A stretch of 64,000 bases of DNA from an uncultured delta proteobacterium (GCA_963755715.1 CAVWLW010000076.1:32001-96000), one strand, 5' to 3'; positions 29,401-42,298 are shown, numbered from the stretch's first letter. Made by a program: numbers and translations. Notes: a model not told the origin generated them from the letters alone.

Positions 29401-30228
29401 ATGATTGAATCTCTACTGGTGGCTGTAACCAGAGTTTCGACGATGTCGGCCGGGACGATGTTGACCGGCGCCACCGGTTTTTTTTTCGAGCGCGACGACC
29501 GGCTTTTTCTTATTACGAGCCGTCACGTCGTGTTGGATGAGGCTAGTAATCACCGGCCGGATCGACTGGAAATCGAGCTGCACGTGGATCCGAAAAACAT
29601 CGCGGTGGTGACACAGATGTCGATTCCGCTTTATCGTGACAACCAGCCGGTTTGGCGCCAGGGTGTCGATTCCGGCGGCAGCGTCGATATCGTCGCCGTG
29701 GAGTTGCAACGGGCGGCGCTGCCGGAGACGATGCTTCTGTCAAGCTTTACTCCGTATCATCTCGTCACCGAGTTCGATCAGATCGAAGTTGGAACTGCCG
29801 TGCTGATCGTCGGGTTTCCCTTGGGCTTTCATGACAACTTGCATCATTTGCCGGTGGCGCGCCAAGCCGTGATCGCGTCGGCATTCGGTATTCGTTTCCA
29901 GGGACAAGGATATTTCTTGACGGACGCGAGAATGCACCGCGGCACCAGCGGGGCGCCGGTGGTCGCGCGCGTGACCACGGAGCGTTCCGGCCGCGCCGAT
30001 TTCCCGTGGATGTTGCTCGGCGTGCACGCCGCGCGTATGGATGTGAGCAACCGCGATATCGACGAGGATGAACGTCTGGATCTGAATTGCGCTTGGTATG
30101 CCGACGTTCTTCTAACGCTGACTGATGAGTCTGGTGTGATGGCAAAGGAAAGACCGTCGGTTAATTTTCCGCGACAAGAAGTGGGCGCAATGAATTGCGC
30201 CCCTACGAGAACGATGCCATTTCGGTAG
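29401..30228 (+). CDS. trypsin-like serine protease
   Basis: ATGFF, ITSRHV (His), DIVAV (Asp), GTSGAPV (Ser); no signal peptide. Confidence 0.75.
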   Translation: MIESLLVAVTRVSTMSAGTMLTGATGFFFERDDRLFLITSRHVVLDEASNHRPDRLEIELHVDPKNIAVVTQMSIPLYRDNQPVWRQGVDSGGSVDIVAVELQRAALPETMLLSSFTPYHLVTEFDQIEVGTAVLIVGFPLGFHDNLHHLPVARQAVIASAFGIRFQGQGYFLTDARMHRGTSGAPVVARVTTERSGRADFPWMLLGVHAARMDVSNRDIDEDERLDLNCAWYADVLLTLTDESGVMAKERPSVNFPRQEVGAMNCAPTRTMPFR

Positions 30229-31132
30229 TCTCTAGCGGTTCTACGGTCACTTTTACTTCCAGGGTTTGAACCCCGCCGCCGTTGATCACGCCGCGCAACG
30301 GCGTGATGTCGGAGAAATCGCGGCCCCAGCCGATGGTGATATGCTCCAAAGACGGGATCAGGTTATTGGTCGGATCGAGGTCGATCCAGCCACTGCCCGG
30401 GACGAATAGAGATACCCACGCGTGGGAGACATCGGCGCCGACGCGGCGCGGCTTGCCGGGCGCCGGGCGCGTGAGCAGATAACCGCTCACGTAGCGGGCG
30501 GCGAGTCCGTTCGAGCGCAGGCATGAAATCATGAAATGGGCAAAATCCTGGCACACGCCGCGCTTCTGCGCGAAAAATTTCATCACCGGCGTGGTGACGG
30601 TGGTCGCGGCGGGATCGAATTTAAACTCGCCGTGAATTTTCGCCATCAGCGTCATGGCCGCTTCTAAGATAGGCCGATTGGGTTTGAAGCAATCACTGGC
30701 GTAACTACGCAGATCTCGTTTGACCCGCGCGTGAGGCGATTCGAAGAGAAACTGCGTCGCTTCCAAAATTGACGGATCGGGACGCCAACCGGCGCGGTAG
30801 CGAAGCGCATCGCGAACCGTTTCCCACGCCGGCGTTTCTAAGGGTTCGATCGGGGTCGCCGCCGTTGTCTCGACGTTGGTGCGAGCGACGATCTCCAAGG
30901 CGTTATGAGCTGACTCGATGGCAATTTCGATCAGCGGATTGCCGAACGGATCGGTGATTTCGTGCCGCAGGGTCGGCGTCGGCATGATGACGATTTCGTG
31001 CGTTTCACTGCGCTGGCGCGCAAGCGCTCGCGGTGTGAGATGAAGCTGCTGATGGGAGAGCAGCACCGGTTCCGAATAACGGTATGCGGTGTTGTGCTCG
31101 ACCCGATAGCGGCGCGCGCCGTTTTGACTCAT
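30203..31132 (-). CDS. transglutaminase-like protein
   Basis: YRVEHNTAYRY N-domain, GVCQDFAH, ARYVSGY, SHAW, DLDPTN, WGRDFSD. Confidence 0.9.
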   Translation of the reverse strand: MSQNGARRYRVEHNTAYRYSEPVLLSHQQLHLTPRALARQRSETHEIVIMPTPTLRHEITDPFGNPLIEIAIESAHNALEIVARTNVETTAATPIEPLETPAWETVRDALRYRAGWRPDPSILEATQFLFESPHARVKRDLRSYASDCFKPNRPILEAAMTLMAKIHGEFKFDPAATTVTTPVMKFFAQKRGVCQDFAHFMISCLRSNGLAARYVSGYLLTRPAPGKPRRVGADVSHAWVSLFVPGSGWIDLDPTNNLIPSLEHITIGWGRDFSDITPLRGVINGGGVQTLEVKVTVEPLETTEMASFS

Positions 31133-33642
31133 GCCGCCACGCTCGTCTGCGGGCGCTCACCGGCGTGAACGAAAAATCGCTGGGTGAGCTCATCGGAAAT
31201 GCCGTAGGCGGCGCGTTCGCACGCCGCAAGCAACGCGGAAAGCGGTTCCGCCTGGGATTCGCGCAGTTCTTCCAGATAAGAAAGATCGAAGCCGCGCAGC
31301 GCCTGGAGCAACGAACGCGGATTGTTCAGCGGCTCGAAGCCGAGCCGTGTTTTGATCAGGTCGAGCTGGCCAGTGAGCGCCGCGAACTGGAAACAAATCG
31401 AATGCGGATTCAACTCGTCGAGCAGCAGTAGGTCGAGGACCGGCAAGAGCTCGGGCTGGCGCTGGTAGCGCGCCCGGTAGGTCATGCTGATGTTGCCGAT
31501 TTCCAGCAAGGCGCCGAGCACCGTTTCGCGATCTTCCTCGGCCAAGCCGAGGATCTGAATCGTGACCGAGCTTAAAAACGCCATGCGTTCAAGCTGTCTT
31601 CCGATGACGAGAAATTGCCAAGCATCGTCCCGCGTCATGTCATCGAATGCGTAGCCGGCAAGCGCGGTGCAGGCGGGAATCACGCTGTCGAGGATCGTCA
31701 AAGCCGCTTCCAAATTTTGCGGCACCGGCTCGTGCATGCGGGCGAGGCGCTGGACGGTGCGCCAATGATCGACCGACATACGATCGCGCAGCTGGGTGGC
31801 GCAGTAAAAAAGCCGCCCCGTGTTGGCTGGAATACCGTTCCGCAACGACGGATCGCCGGCCGCCGCGATCACCCATTCCGGGGTCGCGCCGGCGGGCGGT
31901 TTTCTCTTTGCCGCTTGGCCGGATGTCGGCGCCGATGCAACCTCGCGCAAACGCGCCTTGTCAGCCAAGGCCGTGAGAATCTTGACGATCGCCAAGTGCG
32001 ACGGATCGCTTTCCGTTAGTCTTTGAGCGGTGGCGCGGAGCAAACGGCCGACGTTCTCGACGCGCGCGCCGTAGCGACCCATCCAAAACAGATTTTCCAC
32101 GGCGCGTGACGGTGAATAAAAACCACCGCGAACGATGTGGCGCGCGCCGAGGCGCGGCAGCAGCAGCGATTGCCATGGCGTCGCGCCGTCGCCCAGGACC
32201 CAAACGTCTTTACTCGAACCGCCGCGCTGCATGGTGATGACTTCGGTGGCCGATTCGGGCGCGATGCGCGCGAGACCGCCGGGCATGACTTCGTAGCCGT
32301 CGCCGTTGGCGGTGGCATAGAGTCGCAAACCGACCACACGCGGTTCGAACTGTTGCTTCTCGGTTGACCAGGTCGGCGCCTGGGAGAGCCGCACCCACTC
32401 CTGCGCCACGAAGGCGTGCGGCGTGGCGCGCATGCGTTCGGCCAGCGTTTCCTGGCCGGCGCGATCGAGAGTGTGGCCGAAAGTCGGTTCCAATTTCATC
32501 GAAGGAAAAGCCGGTTTGATCACCAGCTCGGGAAGGTGACTGATCGCGTGTTCCAGAGCCGGGGCTTCGCCGCACCACCAGGTCGCCACCGAGGGCAATC
32601 TCAACGGTTCGCCGAGCAATCTGTCGCAAATCGCCGGTAAGAAGCCGGACATCGCCGGTGACTCGAGCACCCCGGAGCCAAGGGCGTTGGCGATCACGAT
32701 GTGGCCGGCGCGCGCCGCCGATAGGAGTCCCGCGACGCCGAGCGTCGAATCGGTGCGCAGCGCGGCGGGATCGCAGTATTCATCGTCCAGGCGGCGCAAC
32801 AGAACATGCACGCGCTTCAATCCCTGCAAGGTCTTCAGATAGACGCGATTATCGCGCACGGTAAGATCCGAACCTTCGACGAGCGGGTAACCTAAATAAC
32901 GGGCGAGCAAAACATGCTCGAAATAAGTTTCGTTGTACGGACCCGCGGTCAAAAGGGCGACCATCGGCGGCTCGCCGTCGGTGGGCGCCAGCGCCGCCAG
33001 TTGTTGTTGTAGAGTGCGGAAAAAATTTGCCAGGCGTTGCACGCCGAGGGAGCGAAAAATGTTTTCGTACAAAGGCGTGACGATGAGCCGGTTTTGCAGC
33101 GCGTAGCCGGCGCCCGACGGGCCTTGGGTGCGATCGTTGATCACCCACCATCGGCCGTCGGGAGAGCGGGCGAGATCGCAGGCATACAAGTGAAGGTAAG
33201 TTTTGCCGTGTGGTTCGATGCCGCGGCACGGCCAAAGATAATTATTATGCCCATGAATAATCGCCGGCGGGATTAGCCCTTCACTCAGCAAGCGATTTTC
33301 ACCGTATAAATCAGCCATCACCCGATTTAATACGCACGCCCGCTGCTCGATCGCGTTGGCGAGGAAATGCCATTCTTCCTTGCCGATCACGAACGGTAAG
33401 ACATCGACTTCCCAAGGCCGATCGGCGCCCTGGGGATCGCCATAGATGTTGTAGGTGACGCCGTGCTGCTCGACGGCACGGCGGATGGTTTGCGCGCGGC
33501 GGGTGAGGGCGGCGCGGCTGGCTCGGTGCGCCGCCAGCGCCAGACGCTCCCAGTGGCCGCGCGGACGCCCTTCGGCATCGAAGGCTTCGTCGTAGCGGTC
33601 GGGCTTGGGAACGTAATTCATAAATGCTGGTGCGCGCGCCAT
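31129..33642 (-). CDS. circularly permuted type 2 ATP-grasp fused to an alpha-E domain
   Basis: YDE, GVTYN, DRTQGPSGAGY, RRLDD, MPGGLAR, GGSSKDVWV, then ENLFWMGRY and DDMTRDDAW…GRQLER (alpha-E). Confidence 0.9.
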   Translation of the reverse strand: MARAPAFMNYVPKPDRYDEAFDAEGRPRGHWERLALAAHRASRAALTRRAQTIRRAVEQHGVTYNIYGDPQGADRPWEVDVLPFVIGKEEWHFLANAIEQRACVLNRVMADLYGENRLLSEGLIPPAIIHGHNNYLWPCRGIEPHGKTYLHLYACDLARSPDGRWWVINDRTQGPSGAGYALQNRLIVTPLYENIFRSLGVQRLANFFRTLQQQLAALAPTDGEPPMVALLTAGPYNETYFEHVLLARYLGYPLVEGSDLTVRDNRVYLKTLQGLKRVHVLLRRLDDEYCDPAALRTDSTLGVAGLLSAARAGHIVIANALGSGVLESPAMSGFLPAICDRLLGEPLRLPSVATWWCGEAPALEHAISHLPELVIKPAFPSMKLEPTFGHTLDRAGQETLAERMRATPHAFVAQEWVRLSQAPTWSTEKQQFEPRVVGLRLYATANGDGYEVMPGGLARIAPESATEVITMQRGGSSKDVWVLGDGATPWQSLLLPRLGARHIVRGGFYSPSRAVENLFWMGRYGARVENVGRLLRATAQRLTESDPSHLAIVKILTALADKARLREVASAPTSGQAAKRKPPAGATPEWVIAAAGDPSLRNGIPANTGRLFYCATQLRDRMSVDHWRTVQRLARMHEPVPQNLEAALTILDSVIPACTALAGYAFDDMTRDDAWQFLVIGRQLERMAFLSSVTIQILGLAEEDRETVLGALLEIGNISMTYRARYQRQPELLPVLDLLLLDELNPHSICFQFAALTGQLDLIKTRLGFEPLNNPRSLLQALRGFDLSYLEELRESQAEPLSALLAACERAAYGISDELTQRFFVHAGERPQTSVAA

Positions 33643-33768
33643 CGAGAAGCAATTTTATCACATGTCTAGCGAATTTTTCGACGTGAGGTCCGGTGTGGGG
33701 CAGCTAAACAATCGTCAATCGGCGTGTTAGTTGAAGTCTTCATCGAAGGCGTGCAGCGTAGGCGGCTA

Positions 33769-36700
33769 TTAGACTTTGCGTAGATCGAGGGTGAAGGGAA
33801 ACTCCGGGTCGGTGCAGGCTACACCAACGTCCAATTCTCCGGGAGAGTGACCGAAGCGGAAAAAGCGTTCAAGGCGGCGACTTTCGGCCTCAAACGCGTT
33901 GACGGGAAAGACCTCGTAGTGGCGTCCGCCAGGGTGCATGACGTGGTATTGGCAGCCGCCGAGACTGCGTTTCATCCAGCGGTCGACGATATCGAAGATG
34001 AGCGGCGTGTGCACGCCGATCGTTGGGTGCAATGCCGAGGGCGGTTGCCACGCTCGATAGCGCACGCCTGCGACGAACTCGCCGACCGTCCCCGTCGATT
34101 GCATCGGTAGCGGCACCTCGTTGCACGTGATCGCGTATCGATCCGGCGGCAGTCCGTTTACTTTGACTTGGATTCTTTCCAGTGACGAGTCGACGTAGCG
34201 CGCGGTGCCGCCAGGGGCGCCCTCCTCGCCCAAGACATGCCAGGGCTCGAGAGCAGCACGCAACTCCAATTCGATGCCGCGCACGGCGTAGTCGCCGTAT
34301 TTAGGGAAGCGGAATTCTAAGTGCGGCGCAAACCAGCCGCTATCGAAAGGGTAGCCTGCCTGATTGAGTTCAGTCACGACATCTTCGAAGTCCTGCCAGA
34401 CGAAGTGCGGCAGGAGAAAGCGATCATGCAGCTCCGTTCCCCAGCGCACCAAACGTTGCGGCTGATAGGGTGTTTTCCAAAAACGCGAGATCAACGCGCG
34501 CAAGAGCAATTGCTGGGTGAGGCTCATGCGCGCGTGCGGCGGCATCTCGAAGGCGCGCATCTCAAGCAGCCCCAGACGCCCGGTGGCGCTGTCCGGCGAG
34601 TAAAGTTTGTCGATGCAAAATTCGGCGCGGTGGGTGTTGCCGGTGACGTCGATCAGCAAATTTCTCAGCAGCCGGTCGACCAGCCAGGGCGGGCAACCGT
34701 CCGGATGTGAATCGGCACGCCGCTCCATTTCGCCAAAGGCGACTTCAATTTCGCGCACCGAATCGTTGCGCGCTTCGTCGATGCGCGGCGCTTGCGAGGT
34801 CGGACCGATGAAGAGGCCGGTGAAGAGATAAGATAGCGAAGGATGGTTGTGCCAATAGCTCAAGAGGCTGCGCAGGAGATCCGGCCGCCTGAGCCAAAGG
34901 CGAGTCCGCGGGCGTGGCACCGCCGAGGGCGAAGTGGTTGCCGCCGCCGGTGCCGGTATGGCGACCGTCGAGCATGAATTTTTCCGTTGCGAGACGGGAT
35001 TCGCGCGCCGCGTCGTAAAGAAACGTCGTCCGTTCGGCCAACTCTTCCCAACTCGACGCGGGGTGAATGTTGACCTCGATCACACCGGGGTCGGGCGTGA
35101 TGCGGAAGTGAAGCAGACGGGGATCGCGCGGCGGCTCGTAGCCTTCAAACAAAATCGGCTGGTTCATCGCCTCGGCGGTTGCTTCCGCGGCGGCAGCCAG
35201 CTCGAGATAGTCCTCCAGCGCTTCGACGGGCGGCATGAAGACATAGAGAACGCCGTTTCGCGGCTCAGCGCACATGGTCGCACGGGTGATCCACGCCGCG
35301 CTTTCATGCCGGTTCGGCATCCGATCGGTTTTGTCGCCCTGGTCTACGCCGCCGCGACGCTGTGATAGTGCGGTGCTTACGGCTCGTGCCGGGTCGACCT
35401 GAAAGTGAATTTGCGCGTAGCTTGCCAGGGGCGGAAACTGCTGCGTTGGATCAGGCGGGAAGATAACTGGGTAATCACTGGGGCTGGCCCAAGGCTGCGA
35501 ATCGAGGGGCAGCCGCAAGCCCATGGGTGAATCTCCGGGAACCAGATAGCAACGATCGGCGCGCAAAAACCAACGTCCACTGCGCCAATGTCCCGTGCGC
35601 AAATCGCGCACCACCGGCAGCGCATAGCCAGCGACTTCCGTTAAGCCTTGGGTAAAAATGCGCATGAGACGCTCGCGTTCGAGCGGATCTTCGAGCCGCG
35701 AATCGAATGGATCGACGTTGGCGGGCAAGCGCCGCTCGCGCCACATGTAATAGTAAAGATCTTCATAGCCGGGGAAGACAAAGCTCGGGTCCAAACCGAG
35801 CCGCTCGGCGACACCACGGAGAAACTCGCGCGCGGTAGCCTCGGTGGCATCGCCGGCGTGCGTTTCATCGGCGATCAACGCTTCGTCACGCCAGATCGGT
35901 TCGCCGTCGGCGCGCCAGAAACAGTTAAGCGACCAGCGCGGCAACTGCTCGCCCGGATACCATTTGCCCTGTCCGAAGTGAACGAGACTTTGAGCGCCGT
36001 ACCGTTTGCGCAGACGATGGTAAAGGTCCGCGGCCAGCCTGCGCTTGCTTGGACCGAGGGCCGCCATATTCCATTCTTCGCCTTCTGGATCATCCATCGA
36101 TACGAACGTTGGTTCGCCGCCCATCGTAAGCCTGACATCGTTACGCGTCAGTTCGGCGTCAACGGCGTGACCGAGTTGGTCGATGGCCTGCCACTGTTCC
36201 TCTGTGTAGGGTTTAGTGACGCGGGGCGCTTCCCAGATACGCGCGACCGACATCTCATGCGAAAAACTGACCTCGCACTTGTCGACGGCGCCGGTGACTG
36301 GGGATGCCGATCCCGGTTCCGGCGTGCAGGCAAGCGGCAAGTGGCCTTCGCCTGCGAATAAGCCCGACGTCGGATCGAGACCGATCCAACCCGCGCCAGG
36401 CAAGTAAACCTCAGCCCAGGCATGCAAATCCGTAAAATCTTTTTCCGGCCCGGACGGTCCGTCGAGCGACTTCACATCTGCAGTGAGCTGAATCAGATAG
36501 CCCGAGACAAATCGCGCAGCCAGCCCCAGATGGCGCAGGAGTTGGACCAGCAGCCAGCCGGAATCGCGACAAGAACCCGAACGCTTGACCAGCGTTTCTT
36601 CCGGCGTCTGCACGCCGGGTTCGAGCCGGATCAAGTATTTGATGTCCCGCGACAACTGCCGGTTGAGGTCCACGAGAAAATTATTGCTGCGCTTCTTCTC

Positions 36701-37108
36701 GCGCGAAATGCCGCGGAGATAACACTCGAAGAGCGGTGTCAGCGGCTGCCGCTTGAAATACGGTGCCAGCTCATCCCTTTGCCAGGACTCGTACTCGAAT
36801 GGGAAATACTCAGCGTGCGGCTCGAGAAAAAAATCGAACGGATTGATGACCGCCATTTCGGCGACGAGGTCGACCTCGATGCGAAATTCATTGGTCGATT
36901 CGAGGAAAACCAAACGCGCCTGATAGTTTGCCTGGGGGTCTTGCTGCCAATTGATGAAGTGCTTCTCGGGAGCGATCCGCAGCGAGTAGCTTAAAATTCG
37001 CGAGCGGCAGTGCGGCGCCGGCCGTAAACGCAGAACTTGTGGACCAAGGTTTACTTGGCGGTCATAGCGATAGTGCGTAACGTGATGGAGCGCAACGTGA
37101 ATCGACAT
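33769..37108 (-). CDS. transglutaminase + DUF2126 (putative amidoligase) protein, frameshift near 34895
   Basis: [39 protein letters not shown], then [33 protein letters not shown]. Confidence 0.9.
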
Positions 37109-37309
37109 GATTTCAAATCCGCGAAACAGCGGCTTCTAATCTAGAGGAGGACTCCGGCACGGTCAAGCAAACGTTGAAGAGAAGGCTCCGGCAAAATTGC
37201 CACGAAGCATTGCACCATGACAAGCACCTTGGCCATCTTGTTCCATGTCGAGAGCACGTCGACGATCGATGAACGCCGGTTAGAGAGTTGGAGGACGCTT
37301 TAAGGCCGC

Positions 37310-39028
37310 TCAAGGTTCGACGCCCAAGTAGGCGTTGCGCACGTATTGCAAAACCATTCGTTGGGTGTGGAAGAACGAGCCGTTTAAAGCGATCGTCGAG
37401 CGTCTGATTTCCGTGAAGGCATCGGGCTTGCCGTAATACAGCGGCAGAATCGCGTGCTCGAGCTTATCGTAAAGGGCATTGGCTTCGACCGCGGCATCAG
37501 TTTCGCGATCACCGTGGTTGCCGATCGCCCACCCTGTGACGCCTTCGACATGCCCCTCGATCCACCAACCATCGAGCACGCTAAGACTCGGCACGCCGTT
37601 CAGCGCCGCCTTCATGCCGCTGGTGCCGGATGCTTCCAGCGGCCGTTCCGGCGTATTCAGCCAGACATCCACACCGGCGCACAAAGTGCGGGCAAGATCC
37701 ATGTCGTAGTTTTCCAGGTAGACTATTTTGAGTACTTCTCGCAACTTCTCCGATAATTCGAAAATCCGCCGAATAATCGTCTTGCCGCCTTCGTCCTTCG
37801 GATGGGCCTTGCCGCTATAAATGATCTGGAAGGGTCCCGCCTGATCGGCCACGCGCTTCAGGCGCTCGATGTCGGTAAACAATAAATCCGCTCGCTTGTA
37901 GGCGGCGGCCCGGCGTGCAAAACAAAGCGTGAGAACGTTTTCGGCGAGGTGCACTTGGGTCCGCTGGGCGATTTGCGCGATCATCTCGCGCTTGGCCAGG
38001 ACATGGGCGCGGTGCACGTCGGCTAACGGCATCTTGATGGCGTAGCGCAAATAAAAATTATCGCGGCGCCACTCGGGAATATAGCGATCGTAAAGACTGC
38101 GAAACGGCGGCGCCGTCCAAGTGAAGGCGTGAACCCCGTTGGTAATTGAATCGATCGGGTAATGCGGAAACATGCCGCGCGAAATTTCGCCGTGGCGCAT
38201 AGCGACGCCGTTGATATAGCGGGATAAGCGCAGCGCGAGATAGGTCATGTTCAATTTGCCGTTTTGCACGCACTGCATCGCTTCCAAAGCTGCCGCCCGC
38301 TCGTTTCCCAAGACCGTCCGAACCAAATCGAGGGAAAATTCGTCATGCCCGGCCGGCACCGGCGTGTGCGTGGTGAACACGCTGCGTTGGCTGACGGCTT
38401 CGCGATCCGATTCCGTCACGGTTTCCAGATTGCCGCGCGTCGTTTCGCGTTCGAGTAGCGCGAGAGTCAGGAGCGCGGCATGGCCCTCGTTCATGTGGTA
38501 GGTGCTGATGTGCTTGTAACCGAGCGCCTCCAACATGGCGACACCACCCATGCCTAGAACAATCTCTTGACACAAACGATGCTGCGCGTCGCCGTTATAG
38601 AGCGCGTCGGTCAAGCTCTGTTCCCAGGGATTATTTTCGTCGCCGCCGGTGTCGAGAAAATATACCGGCACAACGTGCCCAAACACGCCGCGGACAACAG
38701 AGCGCCAGGCGCGAACCATGACGGCTTTGCCTGATATCGGCACGAATACGCACGGCACCATCGGCTCCAATGCTTGTTCGAAGTCCCAAGAGGCGGGGCT
38801 CTCGGTTTGATTACCGGCGCTATCGAGGCGCTGGCGAAAATAACCCTTGCGATGGAGCAAAGTGATGCCGATCATGGGCAGGCCAAGGTCGGCGGCGGCT
38901 CGTAACGTATCACCGGCTAGGATGCCGAGACCGCCACTATAGGTGGGCATGGTCGAGTCAAGGCCGACTTCCATGGAAAAATAGGCGATATAATCGGGCC
39001 GAATCTCTTTCGGGAGCATGGCTGTCAT
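37310..39028 (-). CDS. glgP: alpha-glucan (glycogen/maltodextrin) phosphorylase
   Basis: YFSME, YSGGLGILAGD, HMNEGH, TTHTP, ITNGVH, EASGTSGMK. Confidence 0.92.
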   Translation of the reverse strand: MTAMLPKEIRPDYIAYFSMEVGLDSTMPTYSGGLGILAGDTLRAAADLGLPMIGITLLHRKGYFRQRLDSAGNQTESPASWDFEQALEPMVPCVFVPISGKAVMVRAWRSVVRGVFGHVVPVYFLDTGGDENNPWEQSLTDALYNGDAQHRLCQEIVLGMGGVAMLEALGYKHISTYHMNEGHAALLTLALLERETTRGNLETVTESDREAVSQRSVFTTHTPVPAGHDEFSLDLVRTVLGNERAAALEAMQCVQNGKLNMTYLALRLSRYINGVAMRHGEISRGMFPHYPIDSITNGVHAFTWTAPPFRSLYDRYIPEWRRDNFYLRYAIKMPLADVHRAHVLAKREMIAQIAQRTQVHLAENVLTLCFARRAAAYKRADLLFTDIERLKRVADQAGPFQIIYSGKAHPKDEGGKTIIRRIFELSEKLREVLKIVYLENYDMDLARTLCAGVDVWLNTPERPLEASGTSGMKAALNGVPSLSVLDGWWIEGHVEGVTGWAIGNHGDRETDAAVEANALYDKLEHAILPLYYGKPDAFTEIRRSTIALNGSFFHTQRMVLQYVRNAYLGVEP

Positions 39029-39074
39029 CGAATCACATCAATCTCGAATGAGAGAAAATTCAACCTGGGGGTGG

Positions 39075-39091
39075 TGCAGGAAGTGTACCAA
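39075..39091 (-). promoter_or_regulatory. possible sigma54 -24/-12 promoter of glgP
   Basis: Minus strand TTGGTACACTTCCTGCA (GG-N10-GC), ~45 nt upstream of the start. Confidence 0.4.
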
Positions 39092-39310
39092 GAAAGCGAA
39101 GCAGGGTTATTCCAGAAATTCAAGCAATTGCCCGGCGATCGTTGGCTTAGCACGATGGCAAGTATTAAAAATTATGCAGGGCCCGCTTAAAAAAGCAGCG
39201 TCAATGTCGGTGAATCTCTATGGATCGATCGCGGCGAGCGCTCCGCCATGTACGATACTCGGCACCGAATTCGCAATGAAGCTAGTCAGTGAAGTCGTGC
39301 GGCAGCGAAA

Positions 39311-42101
39311 GTGACTGACTCAGTCGGAGAAACCGTGGATCCTGCAGACAATCCTGAATCTCTCGACAAAGATCGGCCCCTGCGCGAAGACATTCGCCTG
39401 CTTGGGCGTTTGCTCGGCGACACTTTGCGCGAGCAAGAGGGCGCCGGGGTGTTTAATCTCGTCGAGAATGTCCGGCAGACGGCGGTGCGTTTTCGCCGCG
39501 ACGGCGAGGCGCAAGCGCGGGCCGAGCTTCAGTCAACGCTCAGCGCTCTGAGCCTAGATGCGACCGTATCGGTGGCTCGGGCATTTACCTATTTTTCCCA
39601 GCTCAGCAATATTGCCGAGGATTTGCATCGTAACCGGCGTCACCGCGCGCACCAATTTGCCGGTTCACCGCCACAGAAGGGTAGCTTGGAGCATTCCGTC
39701 CAGCGAGCGCTGGATAGCGGTATAACATGTCCGGCATTACGTGGATTTTTCAGCACTGCGCTTATCGTCCCGGTACTCACCGCGCATCCGACCGAGGTGC
39801 AGCGCAAGAGTATTCTCGACTGCCAGCGTGACATCGCCGTCTTGCTCGAGGAGCGCGACCGGCTTCGGCTCACGCCGGCGGAGCAAGCGCGCCACGAGGA
39901 CGCGCTGCGCCGGTCCGTTCTCACGCTTTGGCAGACGCGCATCTTGCGCGAGTTGACGTTATCCGTGCGCGATGAAGTCGACAACGGTTTATCTTATTTC
40001 GCCACGACCTTTCTCGAACAGATGCCGCGCCTTTATGGCGAGCTCGAAGATTTACTCGATAGCCGTTGCAGCCGCGCCGCTACTCCTCTGCCGGCGTTTT
40101 TAAAAATCGGCAATTGGATCGGCGCCGACCGCGACGGCAACCCGCAGGTGAACGATGAAGCCTTACGGTACGCGCTGCATCGACAATCTGGCGTGGCGCT
40201 GAGCCACTATTTGACCGAACTAGAACGCTTGCGCCGAGAGCTCTCGCAGTCGCTTCGTCTCGTCAAAGTGACGACCGAGCTCGAGCAGCTCGCGCGTCTT
40301 TCGAACGACGCTTCGGCGCACCGGCGTGACGAGCCCTACCGTCTGGCTTTAAGCCATATTCGCGAGCGGCTCTTAGCGACGGCTTCGACTCTGGATCAAT
40401 CGCCCCGCGGCGAGCCGAACGCAGGCAAGGTCACGCCTTATGTCAATCCGGCCGAGCTGGCACGCGATCTTCAGATCGTCTCGGCTTCGCTCGAACAACA
40501 CGGTTCGGGCCGTGTCGCGCGCGGTCGTTTGCGCGGTTTGTGCCGCGCCGTCGAGGTGTTTGGCTTTCATCTCGCGCCGCTGGATTTGCGACAGCATAGC
40601 GCGGCGCATGAGCGTGTCGTCACCGAGCTGTTCCGAGTCGGCGCGCGGCGCGACGGCTATGATTTACTCGACGAGGCGGAGCGGCAGCGCTGGCTCCTGG
40701 AAGAGCTCACGCTGCCGCGTTTGCTGCGCTCGCCGCACGCGGTGTACAGCCGGGAAACCGAATCGGAGCTGAAGGTTTTTGACACGGCGGCGGAGATGCA
40801 AGGGCGCTATGGCCAAGACGCCATCGCCACGGTCATCGTCTCGATGACTGCGGCGGCGAGTGATTTGCTTGAAGCAACGCTGCTGCTCAAAGAAGCGGGA
40901 TTGATGCAGCTATCGCCGCAACCGCGCTTGGCGCTGAACGTCGTGCCGCTGTTCGAAACGATCGCGAGCCTGCGCGACTGCGCAAAGATCATCGACGCGC
41001 TGTTGAGCATGCCTGGCTACCGCCAGCTGTTGGCTGATCGCGGTGACGTGCAGGAAGTCATGCTCGGTTATTCCGACAGCAATAAGGATGGCGGCTATTT
41101 GACGTCGAGTTGGGAGCTTTACCAGGCGGCAGTGGCGCTCGTGCGCGTGGGCCGCGGCCACGGCATAAAGTTACGTTTGTTTCATGGCCGCGGCGGTACG
41201 GTCGGCCGCGGCGGCGGGCCGAGCTATGAAGCGATCTTGGCGCAACCGGCGGGCAGCGTTGCGGGGCAGATCCGGATAACCGAACAGGGCGAGGTGATCG
41301 CCAGCAAATATGCCGACCCGGAGATCGGCCGGCGCAATTTGGAAACGCTCGTGGCAGCGACTCTGGAAGCGACCCTGTTGTGTTCTGAAAACGAAGTGGA
41401 GGTCGGCTACCAGGAGGCGATGAACGAACTTTCCGCCGAAGCCTTCCGAGCGTATCGGGCGCTGGTTTATGAAACTCCGGGGTTCAGCGACTTCTTTCAA
41501 ACCGCCACGCCGATCAGTGAAATTGCCGATCTGCATGTGGGAAGCCGGCCCGCCTCGCGCAGCGGATCCAAGCGAATCGAAGATCTGCGCGCGATCCCAT
41601 GGGTATTCAGTTGGTCGCTGGCGCGGATCATGCTGCCGGGCTGGTTTGGCTTCGGCGCCGCGGTCGACGCCTTCGTTTTACGCCGCAGCGCGCGCCGGTC
41701 TTGAGCTCTTGCGCGAAATGTATGCGCGCTGGCCATTTTTCAATACTTTGCTCTCGAATATGGACATGGTGCTGGCAAAAAGCGATCTCCACATCGCCTC
41801 GCGTTACGCCGAATTGGTCGGCGACGTTGAGCTGCGTGACGATATCTTCGGCCGCATCCGGGACGAGCATGAGCGGACGGTTGCGCACTTGCTCGCGATC
41901 ACCCGACAGACGGAGTTACTCGAGGGCAATCCGCTGTTGGCGCGCAGCTTTCGCAATCGCGTGCCTTATATCGACCCGCTCAATCATCTTCAGGTCGAAG
42001 CCCTGCGCCGCTATCGCGCCGGCGAAACCGACGACCGCGTGAAACGCGCGATTTTGCTGACGATCAACGGCATCGCGGCGGGCCTGCGCAACAGCGGCTG
42101 A
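39311..42101 (+). CDS. ppc: phosphoenolpyruvate carboxylase (frameshift near 41695)
   Basis: [45 protein letters not shown]; C-terminus [12 protein letters not shown] in ORF 41469-42101. Confidence 0.95.
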
Positions 42102-42298
42102 ACGGGACGATCCCGATTAAAGTAAGAGCAGATCCTCGGTTTCTTCCATTGCGTCGAAGCGCGCAAAGGATTAAAGCGTCGCTTAGCACAGCGGATAGGC
42201 GAAGACTCTGATCAAAGCCGAGGCAATGGCTTGCTGAAAATTTAATCGTTCGCTTGTCAGTCGGGCACAGAACCATCACGATTCGGCTTATGGCCGCC